Of a DNA stretch of 63,283 bases, positions 13,575 through 26,882 are shown in pieces. The position numbers and the translations under genes are program-made. The stretch is from Girardia tigrina (Eukaryota), in the NCBI GenBank assembly GCA_001938485.1, contig MQRK01168947.1:1-63283 (forward strand), given 5' to 3'. The notes beneath the pieces are model-generated. The model worked only from the letters and a program-made list of their open reading frames with translations, made no database searches and was not told where the DNA came from. The stretch's first letter is position 1. Every line of letters begins with the position of its first letter.

Positions 13575-13824
13575 AAATAAAGCATGACTTCTTAGAGTAA
13601 TAAATAGCGTTTAGCTAAATGAAATGGAGCAATAACAGGTCTGTGATGCCCTTAGATGTCCGGGGCCGCACGCGCGCTACAATGGCAGTACCAGCGAGTT
13701 TTATTCCTAGCTAGAAATNNNNNNNNNNNNNNNNNNNNNNNNNNNNNNNCAGGAATAGTGGATTGAAATTATCCCACTTGAACGAGGAATTCCTAGTAAG
13801 CGCAAGTCACTAGCTTGCGCTGAT

Positions 13825-13870
<46 letters not shown>
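13575..13870 (+). rRNA. 18S rRNA 3' fragment (non-functional insert of about 300 bp, contains a gap)
   Basis: Universal SSU motifs ATAACAGGTCTGTGATGCCCTTAGATG and CCCTGCCCTTTGTACACACCGCCCGTCGCTACTACCGATTG. Both flanks are non-rDNA. Confidence 0.95.
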
Positions 13871-14111
13871 CACGATTCTCGAATGTATTTGAAATGTTTT
13901 TATACATTTATATTTATACATTTTTATACATTTACTAAAAGAATTCCATTTCCTTTGCAGTTCAAAAATCATAATTAATGTTCTAGAAAATCGTTTGTCT
14001 CCCTGCATGAAACTTAATTTTTTATTCCCAGCATTTAATAATTGATTTCTGTATATAACAATGTATATTTTTAAAAAATAATTTTGTTAAAGCTTTTTTA
14101 AGAAATCGATT

Positions 14112-14152
14112 ATTGTACATGTTTCGAAAATTCTTACTTTATCATCAGCAAT
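14112..14152 (-). ncRNA. Partly degenerate minimal hammerhead ribozyme
   Basis: attg-CTGATGA-taaagtaagaattttc-GAA-ACATGT-A-caat. Stem I attg/caat, GUA triplet, weakened stem II. Lies 3' of an inverted GIY-YIG piece at about 14330-14480. Confidence 0.6.
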
Positions 14153-14499
14153 TATATTTACTAGTTACTATTTTAATTTTACTTTTATTTATTATTTATT
14201 TATTTATTTAAAAAAATATTTATTTATTTATTTAATTTGAAATATTATTGGATAAAAATTGCTAAATGCTTAAAAGATTTTAATTAAAGATTTTAAGATT
14301 TGCAATTGCTTTACTTTTTCAATTTCGAATGTTTATTAATGGGCTGTAGTGCATTAAAATGATTCACAAAACTGTCGCTCAAAGTCCATCTGTAAAACAG
14401 AAAACTCATTCTTTGAAATAAAATAAATTCCTTTTAGCTGTGTAACCAATGATTAAGAACCTCACTCGACCTCTGCCGGGATCATAAATTGGAGGAGAC

Positions 14500-15200
14500 A
14501 GAAGAAATTTGAGAACATGAAATGACACCAGTGCAAACGTTTTCAACAAATAACACGGAAAAAAGAGTCGTAGAAAACCTCAACATTCCAGGCAACCAGT
14601 TTCAATCCGTAACGAACCCCCACTATCTTACGGCGGTAGGGAGAGCGATAGATACTGAAGAAACACATCTGACTTTTAGGATTGCAGATCTTACTGCAAG
14701 AGAAGAGTTCAGATGTCCCTTTTGCGGTTGTACGAAGTCGATGAAATCAACCAAAGGCATGCAGAACTTTGGATATACATCCCATGGCTAGTCATTTCTT
14801 ACAGGAAAGCCGAAAAGATCTCGGAGACCGAAAATATTTGACCTTATAGGAGGCTTATCTGGAAGATTATAGTGATTCTTTAGTTCGGGTGGACCCTCTA
14901 ATGAGCCTAGAGACTAAATACCATTCGAAAGAGAAGGGATACCCACATTGGAGAGACAAATCGTGATCTCAAAACCCGGATTACTGAGCTTACACAAATG
15001 AGTCGATCGAGTAAGGTTCTTGACTATTGGTTATGTTTAAAGAATAGAACCTCATTCATTTCAAAAGGTGAGTTTCCTGTTCTGCAAAAGGAGTTCGATT
15101 CACATTACGAATGGCATTTTTGTAAATCTCTACTAATAAGACACTCAACCCATCAATTAACATTCAGAATGGGCAAAGTAAGGTTATTTCAATACTTGAA
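14500..15200 (+). mobile_element. Chimeric retroelement: C2H2 zinc-finger N-terminus joined to PLE GIY-YIG 3' end
   Basis: FRCPFCGCTKSMKSTKGMQNFGYTSH, followed by HIGETNRDLKTRITE...FDSHYE. Homologous to 52470-53420. Confidence 0.72.
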
Positions 15201-15239
15201 TGATTATGTAATCACTTACGTAAGTCTAATCGAAAACTC

Positions 15240-16770
15240 TTAATAGATTAGTTGAGAGTGCTGTTTGAACATTGATTTTAGGATCACATGATCTTATCAA
15301 CAATGCTTCACATGACACTCTCTCCCAATAATTTTTAAAATGCTTGCACAAAATCTTAAAATTTTTATATGTATATATATTTCCTTAGGAAGTTTTAAAA
15401 AGATTAAATTATATTTATTTACACTAGAATTTTAAAAATAATAATGGTAGGATAGTATTAAAATTCTTGAAAGCTCTGTGAATCAAAAGTTAAGGTACAT
15501 GATTTTCTAATTTTTTGATGTCATTTGCTTTACCTGACAAAAATATAATATATGTGTGTGTGTGTTAAATAGTGACAATTGTTGGTAATTTTTCGATATC
15601 ACTTCGGATAATACACATTATTTATAAATAACATAAAAATAAATTTTGAATCTAAATATTATAAAAAATATTCGTCACAAAATTTAGAAAATTAGTTCAG
15701 CATTGAATATAATTTACAAAACACGAAACAAATAATATTTCTTTTTGATTAGATACCTCAAAAATTATTATTAAAGAAATTTTTTCAGAACTAAAATTAA
15801 TTAATATTTATTAAATTTAATGCATTATTAAAAAATAAATAATTAATAAAATACCAATTTTAGGATAATTATATTATATAAAAATAAACTTTATTCATTA
15901 AAAAATATATTTTAAGTCAATATATTATGAGGATCAACTGTCATCTTTAGGTCACTGATTAATAATTAATTCACCTGAATATAAATGCAAAAATAATGAT
16001 TATAAAAGTTATTGCAATAAATTACGCTAATCGAAAATTTTCAATAAGTTAGTTGAGACTTCCTGTTGAACATTGATTTTAGGGCAACGTGACCTAATTA
16101 ACAATGCTTCACACGACACTTTCTCTTAATAACTATTAAAATACTTATACATAATCTTGAAATTTATGTTATTTTAATGTATATTTTAACATAAGACATG
16201 AATGACGTTATATTCTTCTTAATATATAAGCCGTAGCAGTTGATAAGAATTCAGAACTGATGATGCCATAAAAAGAAAATTTGTTTTCAATAAATAAAAA
16301 TGACAATAAATAAAATTAAAATGACAGTCATTCAAATATATCTGGCATAGAACTCATTACATTTATATTCATAAAAAAATATCACAACACAGTGTTAAAT
16401 GTGTACTTGATTTATTACTGAACATATTTCGAATTTTACGAGATCGTGATATAACTTCTAAATTGAATTCATTGTTTGTTGCTTTTAATAATGTATTTTT
16501 AAAGTTTTAAATCCTTCAGAATATGGTACAAAAAAGGCAGATTAATGATATCTAATGATATTTCAATTTATTTCTTAGAACCATTAGGAGAAGCAAAAAT
16601 CTGATTTTTCGAACAATCTTTAAAAATTACCTTATCATCTGTTTCCTTCATTAATTTCACAAAAACAGTCCGGTGAAGCTTATACGCATTTATATACAGG
16701 TGAATTGATTATTAATTAGTCACCTGAAGATGACGGTTGATCTGTCTAAATATATTTTAATAGAGGAAGT
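15240..16770. mobile_element. Cluster of decayed PLE 3' ends with degenerate hammerheads
   Basis: Minus-strand YWERVSCEALL-type tails at about 15260-15335 and 16060-16135. Inverted gacctgaagatgacggttgat-type copies at about 15920-15957(-) and 16720(+). Confidence 0.65.
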
Positions 16771-17399
16771 TTGTTTTTATAAAAAATTTTCATCTCGATG
16801 GAGCTTATCAATATATTATAGATGTTCATTATTTTTATCTTGGTCATTTTTTATTAATAACATTCATATATTATAAAAAATTATAACTGTTTAAAAATAT
16901 TGTGTTCTATGTCTAATGATTTAAAGAATATAATCAAAAAGAAAACAATATATTTTTTAAAATAAATAAACATAATTCTTATAAAATATATATTCCATAT
17001 TACAGAAATATACCGAAATAGCAAAATAAATATAATTTGTCTGGAAATAAATTGAGTGTTTGGTATAAAAATACATTAGAAAAAATGCACCTTATATTAT
17101 CAATGTTCATTGCTTTTTATTATCAATAAATAATTATAAAAATATTATTTATATGTTAAGATCTATACAAAACATCTTCAAATCTTTAGACAGAATGATC
17201 CTTAATAAACAATTGAGACATTTTTTTAAATAAAAAAAACTTCTAAATTTTATTTGAATTTAAATTATAACTAATATTTTTTTCTTTAAATTAGGAATAT
17301 TATTAAAAATAGAAAATATATAAAAATAAAGACTTAAGATTTTTTTAAATGTGAATTTAGATGTAGCATGTTACAATTAATAATACTTTGAAAATACTT

Positions 17400-18750
17400 C
17401 TTGGGTTACAATGTTTAAAATGCATTGATGATAATAAAAAATTGGAATTCTTTCACCAAGGAATATATACAATCACCAAGTTGAGAGGATCATCAGATAT
17501 CGATTTCCCATCCATCGCCTTCTTGCAACAGAGACGCTTCCACATCAAACTAAATAGTTCTCCGTCCGCTATAAACTCAATCACCGAATTCAAGTTCAAT
17601 GGATAGTGACCTTGTCGAACATAATTTAATTAACTAGACGAACGCCTTTCAAATTATATTTATGATAATATATTTCGACGCTTTTACAGCAATCCTAAGA
17701 TCACTGATCATTAACATTTTTACTGAAGTTTTGTTAATAAGACGTGATAATCAAATCAAAGTTCAAACGGCACTCTTAACCAATTTGTTAAGAGCTTTCG
17801 ATTGATTTTACACAATAAATAACATAACCATCCATTTCACATGTACAAGCAGTAAATAATATTGATAAAAATAATGAAGAGATTGGTAATGATCAACATG
17901 ATCTTGAAGTCAATATTATTGATTATTTTGACAAAATCGGAAGTGACACCACCTCTCAATTTGTCTAATTAATTATTTGATGGAGCAAAATATTTTCTTG
18001 ACATAAAATTTTATAGTTCGTATGTAGAACATTAATATGTTTTCCGACATCTTTATATGAGTCGAAACTTAAGTCACTTATACTTCTTAACGCATACTAA
18101 ATTTACATATATCTAATTAGTAATTACATATCCATAACTTCTTCATCTTTGCTACAAACAAACAATTCCAAAACGGAATCAATTACATAAAAAAAGATGG
18201 TTCAACTTATGAAATCTGAAGGTTTATTGACTACCAAAAATCATCAATGTTCCATCATCACCCGGAAACATCAAAAGACTTGCGGGAAGATATCATAAGA
18301 TGATATAACTAAATATCAGTCTACAGAAATGAGAAAAGAATCGAAGATGATAACGCGTTCTTTCCGAAGATGCTCCTCGTTCAGGACAGAAATACTATTA
18401 AGCTGATGAATTTACTTATTTATTATACCATGAATAGTAAAAAATAATAATTTATAAAGAAAAATATCTTGAAGTTTACAAAATCAATAAAAAATATTAT
18501 TATCAAATTATCGTTGATGGATGTAATTTAAAATATATTAATTCAAAATATATTTGAGAATAAACTCCCAATCTTACGGAAAACCAAATCTTATAACCAA
18601 AGCAAACGTCCCGAAGATTCAACTGATTCCAGAAACTCAAATATATTTAGATTTATCCTGCTGAAATTAATTTCATCATCGATCATTAGTGTAAAATATT
18701 TTAACTATTAGTAGTACTGTTGGTTTCTAGATTTTTGATATTTGATTATA
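17400..18750 (+). mobile_element. Highly decayed PLE ORF (N-terminus to RT)
   Basis: Frameshifted PNLYG.P.S.N near 18570 resembles the PLE RT PxLYGLPKxHK motif; otherwise weak. Confidence 0.4.
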
Positions 18751-18754
18751 TATA

Positions 18755-19984
18755 TAGAATGTTCCAAAAGTTATGGGTGGAAATTATTTTGAATGCATAT
18801 CTGACAAAATAAAAGAAAATGAAATGTTCATGGTACAGCTGTATCTGCCAAAATATAGAGAGTGTTCGGAATGCGACCACATTTGCAGTTGTTTTTCCTT
18901 CAAGGCGGTTCACTGTTTAATCAACTCATACGCTGCATGGCATGCTCTTTTGATCATGTCCTGTGATATTTCTTCAAAACTGCACTCGATCTCGTCTCGG
19001 AGCTCAGCTTTGTGCGGTACACATGTTCCTTCAGGTAACCCCAGAGGAAGGAATCACACACAGTTAAGTCAGACGAAGGCGGGGGAGGTTCTCCAGTGGA
19101 CCACCTCAACCGATCCACCGCTGAGAAAACTTTTAGTCGAGCCAGCTGCGTACTGAAACTACGTAATTGGCAGGAGCCCCTTCATGCAGGAAGGTAAGCC
19201 TCTTGTATCTCACATAAGGTCACACAACACAGTACATCAGCATTGACGGGACCATGATAGAAGTTAGGTCCAAGACACTCGCCGAAGTTACTTCATACCA
19301 CACCATAATTCCCTGGCGATGGTTTAGAATCTTCACTTGAATGTGTGGATTCTTTGGATCCCACCAAACATTGTTGTGTCGTGGCACTGCTCTACATAAG
19401 TTAAACAAATATTCCTCTGTCCACATTATGTGGTTAATTAAATGAGGCTCGGCGTCGAATCTCTCCACAATCGTTTCGGAAAACTTTTCTCGCCTATTAA
19501 AGTCGCAATTGCTGAGCATTGGTTCGAGTTGCGGACGGAAGGGCATAAGATAAAGTTTCACAAGTGGTGTTATCTCGTTCGTGGAAGGTCAATAGCGGCT
19601 ACGCCACAAGACACAGACGTTGAAGGATCTGCGGCGACAAACTTTGAACTCGTTCGAGCCGGCCAGGCCTTGTAGATGTTCCTGGGCGCCTTGACCTGGG
19701 GAAATCTTCAACGCTTCCAGTGTACTGAAATCGCCCAAACACTGCATTGATTGTTGTAAACTTAGGAGGTGAGATAGCAAAATGGAAATGCCACAGTCTT
19801 CGTACCTCTTCATGATTCTGTAATTGTGCAAGGGGGAGTACCATTTTATTTCACTCCTGGAGAGGACATCGTGTCGAGATTTCATTAATCTTTAAAAAAA
19901 TGAGAATAGTCAGTGTTAAAACGTAAATATGAATTTCTGAAGATATATTAAAATAAAAATCTCCGATTATTTTTGAACACCCTA
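18755..19984 (-). mobile_element. Tc1/mariner superfamily element, DUF4817/rosa-like, full length but decayed
   Basis: Imperfect TIRs (tagggtgttcaaaa / tagaatgttccaaaa) in TA context. RFQYTGSVEDFPRS, HIMWTEEYLF, HNNVWWDPKNPH, RWIG.GG. Confidence 0.85.
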
Positions 19985-20189
19985 TATATACACAGTAGTT
20001 ATGTAAATAACGAACATAATTATGTATATTTGTTTTATTACTATTAGGTCGTCAAGTATTACATTTGTAGAGCTCAATTCAAGGTTCATTGATAATTTAC
20101 CAATACAAATATTAATGTCATTCATCATAGTATGTACCCATTTTATCGATATACTTTTGACAATATGGCAACAGTTTGTTGATGCCATT

Positions 20190-21400
20190 TGAATAAACCT
20201 TTTGTGGGCGCGAATCTGTAAATTCTTGGTAGGCCATTTTCACCGCTTCTTCATTATTGAATTTATTTTTTATTGAAAAGAAGTTCAAATTGGGAAAGAC
20301 ATGGTAGCTAGTTTGGCTAGTTTTGGTGTGTAAGGAGGATGATGCAGAAGTTCAAACTTAAGTTCTTGTATTCTTGTCATGGTCTTAAGTGCAGTATGTA
20401 TTTTTGTATTGAATTGGAGAAAAATGGGAGCCGACCTGTTTATTTGGCTGTTTTTCTTTGAGTTTCCGTATATATCGTCCAATTGGTGTCAGTAGACATC
20501 TGTTGTTATCGAAAAAACCAGGTTTCATTAAGTCATATATTATGCAAGAGCACCAAAAATTCTAGATCTGATTCTTTTGATAAATGTTGAGCTTTGAACT
20601 GTGTTTTAGTGCTTCATTTGTATCAACCCATCCTGCTAAACGTTTGTGATTTTCATATTGGATCCACTTTTCATCACAAGTGACGATTTGATTGAAAAGG
20701 TGATAACATTTATAACGAGAATGCATCATAAATCAAGCCTCTAAATGGTTTTTTTACTTTTCATTAAAATGGTGTGGAATTCAATTATCTATCTTTTTCA
20801 CATAACTAATTTCAACCAAGTGATAGCTTACTGAACGTTTTCCATTTTAAAAAAAATCGGATCTACATTTCATCACAAGGGATAATTCGATTATAGAGGG
20901 GATCACATTTCTACTGAGAGGGCCTCATAAAACAAGCATCCAAGAGCTCTTCTTTCTGTGTTTCCTTCCACTCTTGTGGAAATCACTTATCCGACTTTCC
21001 ACTTACCAATTTTAGTAAATTGATTAAAAAATATTTTCTTTGTAATAGTAAATATTTGCTAGAAATCAAGAGCACCTTGTGATTAATCCGACTTTACATT
21101 TACATTTAGTTCTTCATTGTCTACGTGCACTCCTGATTGACCCCGAGACTAACTATTTAGGTTAAGAAAAACTTTCAAGAATTTTCAGAAGCGGTTTTAG
21201 AATGTTTCGGATGGTTTTGCAAGATTTTCGGATGCTGAGGCTACTCGTAAAAACTCGTACTTCATAATGATTCGAATTTCAGTCTTTTCCATTGTTTAAA
21301 ATACTGATTATTAAAACAAGTTACCAATAATTTTAATTAATGTATTCAATAGCCAAAAACAAAAAAATAACTGAGCAACAAAATGTCAATTAATTGTCAA
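20190..21400 (-). mobile_element. Decayed mariner, apparently two fused or nested copies
   Basis: MEKTEIRIIMKYEF start, IVTCDEKWIQYEN, HPPYTPKLA. The linker region occurs twice. Confidence 0.8.
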
Positions 21401-21654
21401 ATAATAACTATTTTTATGAGGGGTTAGTTTTAAGTTTCACCAAAATAGTTTATTATTTTTTTTAATTTGAAAATTTAAAAGAAATAAAATAACAATTAAC
21501 ATATTTTAATAAAAGTTATAGAATAAGTTAAATAAATTTTAATTAACGGATTAATATTTTCAGAAATAATTTTTTAATAAAATGGTTATTGTAAATTTAA
21601 ATTAATTAGTTTTATGATTAAGTTTCATAAGAATGTAAAATTTGGTTACATTAA

Positions 21655-21800
21655 AAATTAGTAAATTTTTTTGTAAAAAAAATAAGATTATTTGAGATTT
21701 AAAAATTGTAAAATTTTTTGTAAAAAAATATAAGATTATTTGAGATTTAAATATTGTAAATTTTTGTAAAAAATATGTAAGATTATTTGAGATTTAAATT
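21655..21800 (+). repeat. Three tandem copies of a unit of about 45 nt
   Basis: ttgtaaaaaa..taagattatttgagatttaaa repeated three times. The homologous repeat near 34280 has a single unit. Confidence 0.85.
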
Positions 21801-22769
21801 TTCTTATATTTTCAAAATTTAATCGAAAGAATTTAATGAACTAATTTTGGGCGAAATAATTGAAGTAACAAGAAATTTGTTTAAGTATATGAATTGTGAA
21901 TATTAATAAATTTTTGTGGTGTTAAATTATGACTTTAGGAAGTGATAATAATGAAAGTGGCATAAACGCTACTTACAATTTGAATTTATTGTAATCATTT
22001 CTACAAATTTCATACTTGACAACCTAATATAATTAATAATTTAGAGCATAGCTTATAACAATATATCTATTAAAAAATAAGATGATATAAAAATAGGATA
22101 AATATCAAATGCTGGAGTCAAAAATTATCTTTCCTAAATGAACATTTTTGATTTCAACAAGTGAAAACATTTCCCTTCCTAAACGAATCTTTCTCCTGTA
22201 ACTTATTCAATTAAAAAAAGCGAAATAAATATAAAATTTCTTCTTCTAAGTGGAAAAAGATGATTACTGAAACACAAATAACGAAGAGCATGTTATTTGA
22301 TAAATCATAAAAGAAAAAAAATCAGTTTAATTTGTTTTTTTGTTTTAAAAAATATTTTTTACAAAATGCAAATCAGTTGCAACATTCGCTCTTCGTGCAG
22401 GAAATATGAAACTCTTAAAAGAAAATTTTCATTTTAAAATTTCACAAATTTGCAATAATTTTTCAAATGGATTATTCTTCACGTTTAAAACAAAAAACAA
22501 TTTTTTCCTTCATTCATTCACCATATTTGACTGAGATTTATTTAATTGTTTACTCTTATAAATATTTTACATATCAATTACATTTAGCTAGAAAGGCAGG
22601 TAGTTTGCAAGACGGTTACGTTTGTTGTAAATTTAATTAATATTATTTTTAATTAACAACATTATTTCAGATTATTTAATGAAAAATTAATATCACACTT
22701 AATAATGATCGGAGAATTAAACAAAACAGAAAATAAGTTTTGGAATATTATTTTATTTTAATTAGATGT

Positions 22770-23045
22770 AAAAGACGTTCTATGCTACTGCAACACGTAG
22801 TGTTCTCATTATTCTCTATTTCGAGTGTATAAGTAGGCAAGTAACCTGGTGGCGTTTATCTCATCTCCAGGTTTGGATGGCCGTTGGCTCCAAGGAGTTC
22901 ATCTGTTCTTTGCCCAGCTTTGTTTTTTATCCTGTTGAGTGTCCAAAAACCCGGTTTAGTTGCCAATATTCCGACCACGGGACAGGTAGAACAACTTTAC
23001 TTGACACCTGTTGTGGACATGCTTGCCTGACCTGATCTGACTATT
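22770..23045 (-). mobile_element. 5' end of RTE-like LINE (5' UTR and start of APE endonuclease)
   Basis: Structured GC-richer UTR, then MRTLRVAVA*NV, resembling the APE start LxIATWNV (TGG>TAG). Homologous to 41857-42040. Confidence 0.6.
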
Positions 23046-23275
23046 AGGTTTATTTATTATTTGGTTATTCGTCAAGTACTTTTCTTCATTTTTATTGCCC
23101 CTAGCTTTATGAAATTTCAGTGGAGCACTTATTCTCGTAGGTATTTCAAAATTGTTTTGTGATATTACAATGTATATTTATTGTACAGTATATAATATTG
23201 TATAGAAACCTTTGTTTAAAAGATTACCATTCATAAATTTATATTTAGCATACTTTACGCATATATAAATTATTT

Positions 23276-23570
23276 ACATGGTGTACTCATTAAGTACCCG
23301 GAATGAAGTAGAAAAAAACAACATTGGTGTGTATGTATAAGTATTTATTTTTCAATATAGGACCTACCGATCTGTACAAACGTTTTCCAGCGTCCTATAA
23401 GCTCCAAGAAAGCATTTTCGTAGAAAATGTGGGATTTTTTTCTACAGGACTTCTTGCTAAAACTCTTTTAATTCTGTTTTTCAAGCGAAATGTCTACCTC
23501 ATGGGGGTTTCGTGAGATGGAGGAAAGAATAAAATCACTCAGAGCTATTCCGGTGAATAGAAAGGGTCTG
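23276..23570 (-). mobile_element. Mariner 3' fragment with TIR
   Basis: PFYSPE motif followed by the C-terminus; terminal catggtgtactcattaagtacccggaat next to TA. Confidence 0.65.
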
Positions 23571-23856
23571 GAAGTCTGTAAAATTTAATAATATTAATTT
23601 GAACTTAGAATAAATCTATCAGTACTTGAAATGGAAAGTAAGAGTTTTTGATGCATTACTTCCTTAAGATTCTGACTGCAATGAAATTTTATGAGTCTGT
23701 TCAAAGATCTTCTTGGGGATCTTTTAATATGTTCTTTAGAGAGCTGCAGCATCAAGGTTCAACTAGTCGCAGAGTTATTTTTCGGTGTGATGCCAGTACG
23801 TTGACGCTGGTAGTTTCTTTAGATGTCGATGGACAGAAAATTGAGGATACCTCTTG

Positions 23857-26800
23857 CAAAGGCGGCCCTAGAAGGGTGCGGGGGTTTGTGTTTGCAGGGG
23901 GAGGTACGGGGTCTAACGTATGAGGAAAGCAATAATTGACATAATAGTTCTCCATAGCACATAAAGATTAGATATATTAATATATTACAGTTTTTTTCTG
24001 TCAGCATTTTTACGTCTGTAAAATTTTTGATGACACAGTAACAATATTATTGGGGTTAAAGGAAATTATTTATACTTTATAATTTTCTTGTTTTTCTTTC
24101 TTTGGCTTTGTGGCTGTTAATTTATTATTACTCAAAATTTTCCATTATGGGGTAATAAAAATATAAAAAAGTTATCACATTTAATCAAAAATGTTCATTT
24201 TTGGACAAATTAGCATATAATAACTGCTATATATATCAATAGAACCAAAAATAATTACTTATAGTCCTTTAAGAGTTAATGGAAAAAATAGGCTACGCAG
24301 AACTATACTTTTAAGTTCATGAAAAAAATCATCGTAGAAAATTGACTTTCCTCACCGTTTTGCTGGCGAAGTCTTCAATTAAGTCCTTGTATTCTAACTT
24401 AGAAAAAGTGTTTTCTTCTATGGACAAAACAACTAGTCCACACAATCTTTGCTGATGCATTTTTGATCTGAGGTAAGTCTTTAGAAGTTTCAATTTTGAA
24501 AAGCTTCACTCACCAAGGGCTATGGTGACTGGTACAGTTAAAAGAATAATGCAAGCTATTGCAGTGCAATAAATTCCAAACATTCGAAGCACTTTTCGTT
24601 TTTAAATAAATCAATTCCAGAAGCACCTTGGGTTCATCGAATCGGTCCAAGCCGTCCAAATCTCGAAATTCAATATTTGTCAAAACCAAGTCCGAAGTCA
24701 TGTAGTGTGTTTTCAGCTCTTTCCAAGTCATTTTACTAAGTGTTTAATGTTGAACAAAAATCCGAAATTGCCGGAATATTCCTGCAACTGTAGGAAATGT
24801 TTTTTTCTAAAGAGATCAAGACTTGATAAGTAGTCAATAAAAGGTAATCAATGAAAGCATTTTTAGGCTTTCGTTGGGGTTCATTGCAAACAGATTCGTA
24901 GTCTAATTGCCATTTTCTGAAGGCATTGTCAGTAAATAAGATATCGAACCATACGACCATAGCAACCAGGAATTCAAAACTTCCTAATTCATAGTTGGCA
25001 ATGGATTCGGCTTCACTTCTCACTATGGGGCCTTTTGCTGTTTCAGTAACATTTATAATGGCATCGAGAATCTTCATTGTCTGATAGCGTATAGTTTCAC
25101 CGTTTCAATTCAACACTGCCATCTTGTTTCTAAAATTGGTTTTGGTGTTAAATATTGAACCATTTGTTTGAGAATCTTTCATCTATCAGTGCAGTCAGGA
25201 AATATACAATTTGTTGCATCACGCAAAAAATGTCACAGCCCGGGGGTTGCAAAATTGTGTTTTTTACAGAAGAAGACATCTTTGACCCAGGACAATGGAA
25301 TGCTGTAACTAAAAATCTAATTGATATGTTTGTGGAAAAAGCTCCTATGAGGTTATCAAACGAATATCAATTTCACCAAATCAATATTTACGAAAGCTAC
25401 CCAATGGCGAATGTGTCGATATAAGATAGTTAATATATTCCAGAACTAAAGATTCTAACTTTTGATTCTCTTGCAAATTGTGTGGGCTTCCACACAAGCA
25501 AGACAGTAAACTAGCAAGTGAAGACCAGCACCATTGAAGGCACATTTTGGCAGTCTTGAAAGCCCATAAAATTTCTAAAGAACATGCCAATAACTTAAAA
25601 TTGTGGTTAGAGGTGGAGCTGTGGCTTATCACAAGGAACACTTTGGATCAGAAAATCATAGATGGATTTGAAAAAAAAGAAACAACATTGGTGAGCTGTT
25701 CTTTAGCGCATCCCGACTGGTGTCGAATACCTTGAAAAAACAACCTTGGATCACTATTTTGGACATAATGTTCAGAATGAATTAATTGAAATAATGGCAG
25801 CAGAAGTCAGAAAGTGGATAATCATTAAAGTGAAACAGGCAAAATATTTTTCTTTAATTCTTAACTGCACACCAACCGTTAGTCATAAAGAACAAATGAT
25901 TCTTATACTGCGATTTGTTGATACAAATGGTGACAAAGTAAAAGTGTCAGAACACTTCATCGAGTTTGAGGAAGCTGAAGATTCATCTGGAAAGGGATTG
26001 GCAAACACTTTAGTTGATGGACTTGGAAAGTGTGGCTTGAAAATTGAGGATTGGCGGGGTCAAGGTACGACAACGGTGCCAATATGAAGGGTCAACACCA
26101 AGGTTTACAATCCTAAGTTCTAGACATGAATAAGCATGTTATCTACACACCGTGCGAGTGTCTCAATATTGTCTAAGGATAAAAAATTATTATATGATTA
26201 ATGATAGTAATTATTATTGCGAAGAATATTTTAAATTGTTTGAATGTGTAAATGTATGGATGCGGTATGTTGATTTAAGTATGTTGAATTTAGAATGGTG
26301 ATTCTCCCACCCAGATGGAAATTGGTATTTTTTTTATTAAATTTAAAGGATTGACTTTTCGAACATAATTAAAATAATCATTTGATAAGTTCATATTTTT
26401 AATTTCAGAATTAAAATTAAGTTTAATAATTTTTAGTAAAATTTAAATTAAATGCATTTTTAATAATTTGATGATATTTTTTTATGAGAATTTATTGAGA
26501 AAAGGTAAAAATTATTTTTTTTAATTAATATTTTAGAGGTTAAATATTTTATAAAATAACTTAGAAAAATTGTTCGAATAATCATGATTAAAAACAGAAA
26601 TAAGAAAACCAATTAGAACGATGGCAAACGATGAAAGACCTTCTGAGAGTTCTAATGACTCTAAATGTAATTCCAATAAAAATTCAAATGAGACTTGTTT
26701 AAATGTTCTTAATAATTATTATTATTAGTATTAATAATAATAATAATAATAATCGCATTGAAATTACCATTTAAAAATGAATGCCGATATTTTTTATTTT

Positions 26801-26882
26801 ACTTTGTAAAAATAATTTTGTGGTATAAATGTGGGGCCTTGTGCGGCCGCACTTGTTCACCCATCCCCTAAAGCCACCTCTG
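23857..26882 (-). mobile_element. hAT transposon (ZMYM1/DUF4371-like), decayed, with an internal inversion
   Basis: GC-rich ends caaaggcggccctag / ctaaagccacctctg. NVQNELI, YFSLILNCTP, RGQG on +; ETRW and SFSKLKLLKTYLRS (dimerisation domain) on -. Confidence 0.85.

Noticed and set aside
21655-21800. CRISPR-like periodicity
   Set aside because: Plain tandem triplication without unique spacers, in a eukaryotic repeat.
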